Source: a bacterium (GTDB taxonomy: Bacteria; Armatimonadota; HRBIN16). Taken from it: 36,695 nt of DNA. The stretch is taken from contig JANWYZ010000002.1 in the NCBI GenBank assembly GCA_025054895.1, forward strand, positions 1-36,695. The letters run 5' to 3'. The position numbers and the translations under genes are program-made. A model generated the notes under the pieces. That model saw nothing but the letters and a program-made list of their open reading frames with translations. It was not told the DNA's origin and did no database searches. Shown here piece by piece: positions 16,926 through 24,556 of the stretch (positions within the stretch are counted from its first letter, which is position 1; every line of letters begins with the position of its first letter).

Positions 16926-17294
16926 TCACCAGAGTTTGTGCCCTGCCGTCTCCGCCAGCGAGCAGGTGGGCGCGGTACTCACATTGTTCAGCGTATAGAC
17001 GCCCCCTGCGGGGCACGCGGTGGTTGGATAGGTCGCTGGGTTGCCCTTGATATAGGCGCTCGGTCCCACGATGTCACTCCACTGGGGAGTATCGTCTGGC
17101 TCCCTATTGTGGTCCATCGCCCATTGCTGCTTGGCGATTTCGATGCGTAACAGGTTGCCGATGCACGCCTTGCGTCGGCTCTTCTCGCGCGCCTGCACAA
17201 AATTGGGCAAGGCGATAAAGATAAGGAGTCCGATGATGAACACGACGACCATAATCTCTACCAGTGTGAAGCCCCGACGGCGTGGTTGGCGCAT
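16926..17294 (-). CDS. Type IV pilin / GspG-like major pseudopilin, paralogue 2
   Basis: MRQPRRRG|FTLVEIMVVVFIIGLLIFIALPNFVQAREKSRRKAC. Shares the helix, the AKQQWAMDHN segment and the C-terminal CPxGG...TC disulfide pattern with 17447-17797. Confidence 0.85.
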   Translation of the reverse strand: MRQPRRRGFTLVEIMVVVFIIGLLIFIALPNFVQAREKSRRKACIGNLLRIEIAKQQWAMDHNREPDDTPQWSDIVGPSAYIKGNPATYPTTACPAGGVYTLNNVSTAPTCSLAETAGHKLW

Positions 17295-17362
17295 GGCAGG
17301 TCACCTCCGTTCTGGTCACGCCCTCCGTTCCTTCCTCTCCTTGCAGGAGAGGGGTTGGGGGT

Positions 17363-17416
17363 GAGGTCAAAACAAAGCCGATGGGACGTGCAGGGTGGTA
17401 TGAACCCATCGGCTTT
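17363..17416 (-). terminator. Hairpin AAAGCCGATGGG-N19-CCCATCGGCTTT followed by GTTTTG (minus strand), just after the first pilin gene
   Basis: Perfect 12-bp stem at 17374-17385 / 17405-17416, 30 nt downstream of the stop at 17447, followed by a T-rich tail on the minus strand. Confidence 0.55.
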
Positions 17417-17446
17417 CCACAAATGTGATACTGCCTGAGAGGCGTA

Positions 17447-17797
17447 CTACAGACTGTGTTGACCACCAATGCTACAGGTGGGATTGGTGCCGACGTTGCC
17501 CACCGTGTAGGTGCCTCCGGAGGGGCAGGCAGGCGTTGACTTGATGTAAGCCGGAACCAGGTTGCTCATCGCGCAAGCGTCGCCGTCAGCCTTGTTGTTG
17601 TCCATTGCCCACTGCTCTTTGGCGGCGTCAATCTGCTTCAGGTTCGCCACGCACGACTTGGCGCGGCTGCTTTCACGCGCCCGCACGAAGTTCGGCACCG
17701 CGATAGCAAGCAAGATGCCGATGATGAGCACGACGATCATAATCTCCACGAGGGTGAAGCCCCGTTCGGCGCGTGCTTTTCGGATCAGGTTCATCAT
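17447..17797 (-). CDS. Type IV pilin / GspG-like major pseudopilin, paralogue 1
   Basis: MMNLIRKARAERG|FTLVEIMIVVLIIGILLAIAVPNFVRARESSRAKSC. The ATG at 17797 lies 11 nt after AGGAGG; the GTG at 17809 in the ORF track lies inside the Shine-Dalgarno sequence. Confidence 0.85.
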   Translation of the reverse strand: MMNLIRKARAERGFTLVEIMIVVLIIGILLAIAVPNFVRARESSRAKSCVANLKQIDAAKEQWAMDNNKADGDACAMSNLVPAYIKSTPACPSGGTYTVGNVGTNPTCSIGGQHSL

Positions 17798-17913
17798 ACT
17801 GGAAAACACCTCCTGAAAGGGATTTCATAGAGGTTTTTCCATCTGCGTCGGGTGGATTTCACATGAAAAGTGCGGGTTTTTACGCGGGACGCTTGTCCGG
17901 CTGGAGAGCGGGA

Positions 17914-18966
17914 TCACGCCACCGCGCTAACACGCACTGACTCGCCTGCGCTTGCGCTACGCCAGACGGCTTCTGCTATCTGCAGGTCTCGCACTCCATC
18001 CCACAGGGTACTGCGTGGCGTCTCCAGTCCTATGCAGCTGCGTGCAAAGTTGCGCAGCTCGCCTGCATAGCCGAAACAACCAGCGGCATGTACTCGAAGG
18101 ATTTCCGTCCAGTCAGGCTGCCATTCGACCCACTGGTTCCTGCCCCCCGCGTGCGGCTCGGCAATGGGTTCCCCACGTGGGCGGTAACGCAGGCGGAGCA
18201 TATCCTCCACCTCTAACCAGCAGTCTACACCAGTGATCGCCAGCCTCTCGTGAATCTTCCATGAGGGCGATTCCAGCGCATTCAGGTTCAGGATGCCCAG
18301 TGCGCCGCTTGTGAAGCGCAGATTGATGGCGTAGCCGAAGCGGTTCTCGCTGACCACGTGCAGGCGGGCATACACCTCGTCCACTTCACCGCCGAAGTAC
18401 CGAGCGAGATTGAACAGATGTACCGCTTGCCCAACCAGAAATGCCTGCGGCGCGCTGGAGATGCCCCATATCGCCGGATAGGGACCGTTGGAGAAGCGGA
18501 TCTCTACCACCGTCACCTGTCCGAACTCCTCTTGCGTTTGAGTAATCTGCTTTGCCAGCTCGTAGCCGACAGCAAAACGCTTCATGTAGGCAACCGCCCC
18601 CCATAACCCTCTCTGGTCGGCGTGTTCCGCCAGGTCCTGCGCCAGCGCGGCGGAGAGCGCGGATGGCTTCTCCACGAAGATAGGCAACCCTGCATCCAGA
18701 CATTGTTTGCCCACGTCGTAGTGCATCTGCGGGGGACCCACAATCACGACGCCGTGCAGTTCCTCTTCCGCCAACAGGACGGCAACATCGGTGTACCAGC
18801 GCGATGCGCCAAACCAGCGTGCGTTGCGCTGCGCCAGTTCCTCGCGCAAGTCGCACACTGCTACCAAATCGATTTCGGGGATGAAGGGTACCGCAGGAAA
18901 CAGCGAGTGGGTGGCATGTCCACCACAACCCACAAAAGCAAGACGCGCTTTCTTGACCTCTAACAT
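17914..18966 (-). CDS. Gfo/Idh/MocA-family NAD(P)-dependent oxidoreductase
   Basis: 350 aa from the ATG at 18966, preceded by AAGGAG. Contains ARLAFVGCGGHATH (Rossmann) and PIFVEKPSALS (the EKP motif). Confidence 0.85.
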   Translation of the reverse strand: MLEVKKARLAFVGCGGHATHSLFPAVPFIPEIDLVAVCDLREELAQRNARWFGASRWYTDVAVLLAEEELHGVVIVGPPQMHYDVGKQCLDAGLPIFVEKPSALSAALAQDLAEHADQRGLWGAVAYMKRFAVGYELAKQITQTQEEFGQVTVVEIRFSNGPYPAIWGISSAPQAFLVGQAVHLFNLARYFGGEVDEVYARLHVVSENRFGYAINLRFTSGALGILNLNALESPSWKIHERLAITGVDCWLEVEDMLRLRYRPRGEPIAEPHAGGRNQWVEWQPDWTEILRVHAAGCFGYAGELRNFARSCIGLETPRSTLWDGVRDLQIAEAVWRSASAGESVRVSAVA

Positions 18967-19146
18967 CGCTTCTTCTCCTTTTTTGTACCAGGTACTGTGG
19001 AATGTTTCGTGGATTGCCAGCAGGAATCCGCCCGCCTGAAGCGCAGCTGGGGTAAAATACAAGCAACAGGCATCGGCTGCACAACGTGGCATGGTGTCGT
19101 CCTGTTGACGCAAAGGAGCAAGACAGGATAACATGGAGGGCAGAAA

Positions 19147-19695
19147 ATGCTGTTTGACGCCATCAAGTTTGCGGTGGAGCGACATGGTCAACAGGTGCGT
19201 AAAGGTACCAGAGTTCCTTACGTACTGCACCCGCTCAACGTTGGCTATTTGCTGCTGCAACATGGATGCTCCGAGCCAGTAGCTGCCGCGGGCTTTCTGC
19301 ACGATACACTGGAAGATACCGCGACAACGGTGGAAGACCTGCGCGAGCGGTTCGGCGAGCGTGTAGCGTGGTTGGTGCAGCAGGTCACGGAACCTGACAG
19401 GTCGGAGCCTTGGGAGGCACGCAAGCGGCATACTGTGGAGCGCCTCCAGCGCGTGGAAGACAGGGAGGTCTTGCTGGTTGCCTGTGCAGACAAACTGGAT
19501 AACCTGCAGATGATGCGCGAGGGGATACGGGTATACGGCGTGGAGTTCTGGGAGCGGTTCAGGGCGCCGATGCCTGCCCAGAAGTGGTATTACACCACAC
19601 TGGCGGAGGTTTTCCAGCAGCGTCTCACGGAGGAGCCGGGCGCTATACTTGCGGCGCAGACAGCGGAGGTGGCTCGTCAGGTTTTCGGAGAGTAA
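19147..19695 (+). CDS. HD-domain protein of the RelA/SpoT hydrolase type (putative (p)ppGpp pyrophosphohydrolase)
   Basis: Contains AIKFAVERHGQQVRKGTRVPYVLHPLNV and AAGFLHDTLEDT. GGAGGG lies 6 nt upstream. Confidence 0.8.
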   Translation: MLFDAIKFAVERHGQQVRKGTRVPYVLHPLNVGYLLLQHGCSEPVAAAGFLHDTLEDTATTVEDLRERFGERVAWLVQQVTEPDRSEPWEARKRHTVERLQRVEDREVLLVACADKLDNLQMMREGIRVYGVEFWERFRAPMPAQKWYYTTLAEVFQQRLTEEPGAILAAQTAEVARQVFGE

Positions 19696-20119
19696 CCCGT
19701 TCGAAGCACGGCTGCTCCTTGTCAACTCGTAAGTAGTACGCCTCTATCTTGAGACATGGATGTTCTTCTCGCAGCAAGCAAGTAGCTGCTTGCAGGTCTG
19801 CCTTTTGCTTTTGCTCGATACGCTCTGGAGAGAGACAACGTTGTTCGTAGAAACCGCAGTGCTGGTGCGCAATCAGGATGACGCGCTGTATCCCATGCGC
19901 TTTTACCAGGAAAGAGATGTGCCTGCGTGCTATCTCGAACTGGCAGAGGTCGAGCGCGTCGAGACACAGCCACGCCGCTCCTCCCGGCACGGTAAAACGG
20001 TCGTACCATGCTTCACCAAGTGCCTGCTGAATGAACTGCTCGCAGGCAGGAGCAAATCGTCCATCGGAACAGTAGATAGCAAGGGTATGTGCAAACTCGG
20101 CTCGGCTTCTGGACTCCAT
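19643..20119 (-). CDS. Small beta-carbonic-anhydrase-like protein
   Basis: 158 aa from the ATG at 20119, preceded by AAGGAG 8 nt upstream. It carries both beta-CA zinc-ligand motifs, CxDxR (CSDGR) and HxxC (HQHCG). The 3' end overlaps the convergent HD gene by about 53 nt. Confidence 0.5.
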   Translation of the reverse strand: MESRSRAEFAHTLAIYCSDGRFAPACEQFIQQALGEAWYDRFTVPGGAAWLCLDALDLCQFEIARRHISFLVKAHGIQRVILIAHQHCGFYEQRCLSPERIEQKQKADLQAATCLLREEHPCLKIEAYYLRVDKEQPCFERVTLRKPDEPPPLSAPQV

Positions 20120-20181
20120 AGGAAAAGCTCCTTCAGTCACGAATTATACTCAGTAGATAAATATTAGCCAAGGAGTTGATT

Positions 20182-21195
20182 ATGACCTCTCGTGAGCGAG
20201 TGCTTGCCGCTATCGAGTTTGGCGGTCCCGACCGCGTGCCATTCCAGCATGCGGTATTTCCCGGCGCGTTCTGGCTTCATGGACAGAAGCTGGTGGACTT
20301 CTTAAACGCGCGTCCCGACGACTTCGGTGCGCGAGGCTTTTCTATCCCGCCGGAACCGCAAGGTGAAGGTGATATCGAGGAATATGTGGACGAATGGGGC
20401 AGCCGATGGTTGCGACGGAAGGGTTACAGCGCGGGCGAGGTCAAAGAGGCGCCGCTAAGAAGCTGGGACCAGCTGCGCGATTACCGGTTTCCGCCTGTTC
20501 CTGACGATGGTGCATTCGAGGAGATAGCCCGGCGTCTACAATCGCCTGAGTGCGACTGGTTTCGTGCGCCTGGCGGATTTATCCTGTTTGAGCGAATGCA
20601 GTGGTTGCGCACCAGCGAACAGCTGTTTATCGACCTTGCAGAAGAATCTGACGCCCTGCACGAACTGGCTGACCGCATCGTGCACTGGAACCTGCAACAC
20701 ATCCACAAGTGGTTGAAGGCAGGAGCGGATGGCATCTTCTTCGCCGACGACTGGGGGGCGCAGGACAGGCTATTGATCAGCCCCCGACAGTGGAGGTCGT
20801 TCTTCAAGCCGCGTTATGCCCGCATGTTCGAGCCGATTAAAGATGCGGGTAAGAAGGTATTCTTCCATACCGACGGCTGGACGGTAGATATCTGGGACGA
20901 CCTGATGGAAATAGGCGTAGATGTGCTGAACCCACAGCATCCGTTGATGCCGCGCCAGTTGCTGGAGGAGAAGCTCGCAGGCAAGGTGTGCGTTCGCTCC
21001 GATCTGGACCGCCAGTATATTATCCCCTTCGGCACACCGGAACAAGTACGCCAGCATGTGCAGGATACAGTAGAGCTTTTCGGTAAGTTCAATGGTGGGC
21101 TGATTCTGCACGGGGAAATCGGTCCCGAGGTGCCTTGGGAGAACATCGTGGCGATGTACGAGGCGTTCGAGGAGTTTGGGAAGTATCACAGGTGA
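20182..21195 (+). CDS. Uroporphyrinogen decarboxylase (URO-D) family protein, MtaA/CmuA-like
   Basis: N-terminus TSRERVLAAIEFGGPDRVPF plus a TIM-barrel-like layout (FFADDWGAQ, FFHTDG, LNPQ) typical of the URO-D superfamily. AAGGAG lies 6 nt upstream of the ATG at 20182. Confidence 0.7.
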   Translation: MTSRERVLAAIEFGGPDRVPFQHAVFPGAFWLHGQKLVDFLNARPDDFGARGFSIPPEPQGEGDIEEYVDEWGSRWLRRKGYSAGEVKEAPLRSWDQLRDYRFPPVPDDGAFEEIARRLQSPECDWFRAPGGFILFERMQWLRTSEQLFIDLAEESDALHELADRIVHWNLQHIHKWLKAGADGIFFADDWGAQDRLLISPRQWRSFFKPRYARMFEPIKDAGKKVFFHTDGWTVDIWDDLMEIGVDVLNPQHPLMPRQLLEEKLAGKVCVRSDLDRQYIIPFGTPEQVRQHVQDTVELFGKFNGGLILHGEIGPEVPWENIVAMYEAFEEFGKYHR

Positions 21196-21199
21196 GAAG

Positions 21200-22525
21200 A
21201 TGCAACCGGTTCTGTGGGTTCTGGCGTTCGTGTGCACCTATCCAGCTGTGGCTTACGCGCTGACCGCTGTGTATACGCTAACTATCAAGCACGGTAGGGG
21301 AGCGCTGGCAGCGTCGCTGGGGCTATTGTTTCTGCTGGGCGCGGTACTGGGCTGGGGTCTTTCCCGTCTAAGCCATCCGCCTGCCAGCTGGCTTCTGTGG
21401 GACGTGATAGTCGGTTTGCCCTCGTGGTGGATAGTGCGCCAGCGCATTCAACGGGCGCGCAGGGCAGGGGAGGGGCAGATCGCTCGCGCGTTTGGACAGG
21501 CGTTACGCCAATCCGTGCTGCATACGGTGCTGCTCAGCGGTACTGTTCTCTTCTGCGTGCCTTTTGCGTGGCTGGTAGTCACCTCACTCAAAGAAGATGA
21601 GGATATGAGCAAGTTCCCGCCTGTGTGGATTCCTCGCCAGCAGGTGAAGGTGACGATTCACGGCAGAGAGTGCGGCGTAAGCCTGTTCAAACAAAATGGG
21701 CGCACATTCAAGGTGGCTACACTGGAGGAGCTGGAGACAGGCGAGCACCGTGTGCAGGTGCTGGAACCACCTGATCGGCAAGGCGAAGTGTTTCTGGTAC
21801 CCGGCTCCCAACTGCAGAAGGTGCGTGTGTTTGCGCCCAAGTGGCAGAACTACTCCGACGCCCTGCGCTTCCTGCCTCCGGAGACCAACTACGGACTGGT
21901 GTTCCTGTGGAACACGCTGTTGCTGTCTATCCTTAGCATCATCGGCACCGTGCTGAGCAGCTCGCTGGTGGCCTTTGCCTTCAGCCGGCTGCGCTGGCCC
22001 GGCAGAGACATCTGGTTTGTAGTGCTACTGGCGACGATGATGGTGCCCGGCGCGGTGACTATGTTACCCGTGTTCGTCATTTTCCGCTCGCTGGGGTGGG
22101 TGGACACGCTGCGCCCGCTATGGGTGCCCGCTTTTTTCGGCAGTGCGTTCAACATCTTTCTGCTCAGGCAGTTCTTCATGACTATCCCAATGGACCTGGA
22201 GGATGCTGCCAAAATTGACGGCTGCAGTTACTTCGGCATCTACTGGCGCATCATGCTGCCATTGATCAAACCCGCGCTGGCAGCGGTGACAATCTGGACG
22301 TTTATGGGCGCATGGAACAACTTCATGGGTCCGCTCATCTATATCTCCAGCCCGGAGAAGATGCCTCTGGCATACGCCCTGCAACTGTTCCAGTCACAAC
22401 ATGGCGGCGAGCCGGGTATGTTGATGGCGGCGGCAACGATGGTCATGCTGCCCGTGCTGGTGTTGTTCTTCTTTACGCAACGCTACTTCATCGAAGGTGT
22501 TACTCTGACCGGGATAAAGGGATAG
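21200..22525 (+). CDS. Carbohydrate-type ABC transporter permease (MalG-like) with N-terminal extension and enlarged periplasmic loop
   Basis: The C-terminal ~280 aa carry the binding-protein-dependent permease core including the EAA-like loop (DLEDAAKIDGCSYFGIYWRIMLPLIKPA). The start lies 4 nt after the upstream stop. Confidence 0.8.
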   Translation: MQPVLWVLAFVCTYPAVAYALTAVYTLTIKHGRGALAASLGLLFLLGAVLGWGLSRLSHPPASWLLWDVIVGLPSWWIVRQRIQRARRAGEGQIARAFGQALRQSVLHTVLLSGTVLFCVPFAWLVVTSLKEDEDMSKFPPVWIPRQQVKVTIHGRECGVSLFKQNGRTFKVATLEELETGEHRVQVLEPPDRQGEVFLVPGSQLQKVRVFAPKWQNYSDALRFLPPETNYGLVFLWNTLLLSILSIIGTVLSSSLVAFAFSRLRWPGRDIWFVVLLATMMVPGAVTMLPVFVIFRSLGWVDTLRPLWVPAFFGSAFNIFLLRQFFMTIPMDLEDAAKIDGCSYFGIYWRIMLPLIKPALAAVTIWTFMGAWNNFMGPLIYISSPEKMPLAYALQLFQSQHGGEPGMLMAAATMVMLPVLVLFFFTQRYFIEGVTLTGIKG

Positions 22526-22640
22526 GAGCGCACCGAGAGCTATCAGTGTTGAAGTTCTCCTGGCAACTGTTGGCTATGCTCGGAATGATTGCTGAGCGGA
22601 ACCACCTGACAGACCGGTTGCCCAAGGCAGGTGAAAGCAG

Positions 22641-23441
22641 TTGCGCCTGAGCGACGACCTGGTACATGAAGAGATTTACCGCTTGTTGGTACGCGAGTCG
22701 GGGCAAGCGACCTGCTTTTCGTTCGTGGTGTTGGGTGCGCTAGTAGCAGGCGCGGCTCTGGGAGGGGCGATCGCTACCGTGTCGCCCGGGGTGGCAGACC
22801 CGCAGGCGATGGTGCTGACGATGATGGTGGTAGCAGGTATCGTCGCCTATGCCTACAGACTGGTACGCTCGCGTGCGCCCCTTTCCCCTGATGATGTTCG
22901 TCGCCTTCTACCTCTGCTACGTCTGGATGAGGGGGAGCAGGCGTATATGGACGTTCTGCTGGCTTTAGGTGAGCATCCTTCCCTGGTGGAGGAAACGGCG
23001 GAGCAGATTGCACGCGAGCTCAAAGATTTGCTGGACGCCTACTATGATTTGCAGAACCACCTGGACGGTTTGCGTGAGGCGATGGGTACCGCCAGCGAGG
23101 AGGAGTACGAGAGTCTGCGCAAACGCCTGGAGCAAACAGAGGACGTCGAAGCCCGCGCTGCGCTGGAAGAAAGCCTGCAACTGCTGGCACAGCGCTTGAA
23201 GAACCGACAGGCTCTATCCACTTACGTCCAGCGCATGGAGGCGCATCTGGAGCTCATTCTGCAAACACTCAAGAGCCTGCGCGAGTCGCTTGCCCGCCTG
23301 AAGCTCGCGCCTGAGGGGACAGGGACACTGGATGTGGAACAGCTGCGCCGCCGACTGCTGGAGTTGAGGCAGGAAGCCAGCGCCATCGAAAGCGCGGCGC
23401 AGGAAGTGTTAGCAGCTACAGGTTATCGGAACAGCGAATGA
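22641..23441 (+). CDS. Hypothetical membrane-anchored coiled-coil protein
   Basis: TTG start. Two predicted TM helices (FSFVVLGALVAGAALGGAIA, MVLTMMVVAGIVAYAY) are followed by about 170 aa of Glu/Leu/Arg-rich helical sequence. I recognise no family. Confidence 0.45.
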   Translation: MRLSDDLVHEEIYRLLVRESGQATCFSFVVLGALVAGAALGGAIATVSPGVADPQAMVLTMMVVAGIVAYAYRLVRSRAPLSPDDVRRLLPLLRLDEGEQAYMDVLLALGEHPSLVEETAEQIARELKDLLDAYYDLQNHLDGLREAMGTASEEEYESLRKRLEQTEDVEARAALEESLQLLAQRLKNRQALSTYVQRMEAHLELILQTLKSLRESLARLKLAPEGTGTLDVEQLRRRLLELRQEASAIESAAQEVLAATGYRNSE

Positions 23442-23500
23442 GCGCACATGCTCTGGTGAAGACACCCCCTGATTTACCCCACTATATGGTAATATCTTGA

Positions 23501-24538
23501 ATGCCGATATTACAAAAGACTGAGGATTCATGCTTTGGGCACTGGACGGATGGAACCATGAACGCACTCAGGCGCAATAACAGTCATCACCAGGAGCTGT
23601 TGCATCGCTACAGAGGCAACCCGATTCTTACCGCAGCCGATTGGCCATACCCAATCAACACCGTTTTCAACGCTGGAGCGACGTTGTTGCCCGATGGCAC
23701 GACCTTGCTGCTGTGTCGGGTAGAGGACAGGCGTGGGATCTCGCACTTTTGCGCGGCGCGCTCGCACGACGGCGTCAGTAAATGGGAGATCGACCGCCAG
23801 CCCACAATGCTGCCCGACCCCGATAACTATCCTGAGGAAATCTGGGGCATCGAAGACGCCCGTATCGTCTACGTACCGGAGCTGGGCAAGTACGCGGTGA
23901 CCTACACCTCCTACTCGCGCGGTGGACCGGGTGTCTCGCTGGCAATCACGGAGGACTTTCGCCATTTCGAACGCTTCGGGGTCATCATGCCTCCCGAAGA
24001 CAAGGACGCTGCGCTTCTACCTCGGCGCATCGGTGGGCACTGGGCGTTGATCCATCGCCCGATGACAGCGCAGGGCGCGCATATCTGGATTTCCTATTCG
24101 CCCGACCTGCGCCACTGGGGCAGCCACAAGATGATACTGCAAGCGAGGCGCGGCGCGTGGTGGGACGCCAATAAAATCGGGTTGTCGCCTCCAGCTATCG
24201 AGACGCCTGAAGGCTGGCTGATACTGTACCATGGCGTCCGCCAGACCGCCAGCGGCAGTCTATACCGACTGGGGTTAGCGCTGTTTGACCTCGATACGCC
24301 CGAAAGGTGCATCCTGCGTAGCGACGAATGGATGTTTGGTCCCGAAGAGGTGTATGAGCGCGAGGGTGATGTTGCCAACGTGGTTTTCCCTTGCGGGTAC
24401 ACTATTCACAAAGACGGGGATACCCTCAACCTGTATTACGGCGGCGCGGATACCTGCATCGCACTGGCGACAGGAAGCATCCGCGAGATGCTGGAATGGT
24501 TAAAGAAGCATGGGCACCCCGGCGACCATGGCATTTAG
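23501..24538 (+). CDS. Glycoside hydrolase family 130 protein (beta-mannoside phosphorylase-like glycosidase)
   Basis: Contains GNPILTAADWPY, NAGATLLPDGTTLLLCRVED, IEDARI, AVTYTSYS, EDKDAALLPRRIGGHWALIHRP and LYYGGADT. The start is uncertain (alternative ATG at 23558). Confidence 0.8.
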   Translation: MPILQKTEDSCFGHWTDGTMNALRRNNSHHQELLHRYRGNPILTAADWPYPINTVFNAGATLLPDGTTLLLCRVEDRRGISHFCAARSHDGVSKWEIDRQPTMLPDPDNYPEEIWGIEDARIVYVPELGKYAVTYTSYSRGGPGVSLAITEDFRHFERFGVIMPPEDKDAALLPRRIGGHWALIHRPMTAQGAHIWISYSPDLRHWGSHKMILQARRGAWWDANKIGLSPPAIETPEGWLILYHGVRQTASGSLYRLGLALFDLDTPERCILRSDEWMFGPEEVYEREGDVANVVFPCGYTIHKDGDTLNLYYGGADTCIALATGSIREMLEWLKKHGHPGDHGI

Positions 24539-24556
24539 GGAGGAGAAAGCCTGCTC

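Noticed and set aside
16926-17797. Geobacter-style conductive e-pilin interpretation of the major pilins
   Set aside because: These pilins are ~120 aa with a globular Cys-bridged C-terminal domain and no unusual aromatic density. They look like ordinary GspG/ComGC-like pseudopilins.
18967-19725. N-terminal 250 codons of the 603-aa ORF 17914-19725
   Set aside because: The recognisable Gfo/Idh/MocA protein begins at the ATG at 18966, which has a good Shine-Dalgarno sequence. The upstream extension has no family features and overlaps, antisense, the well-supported HD gene on the + strand.
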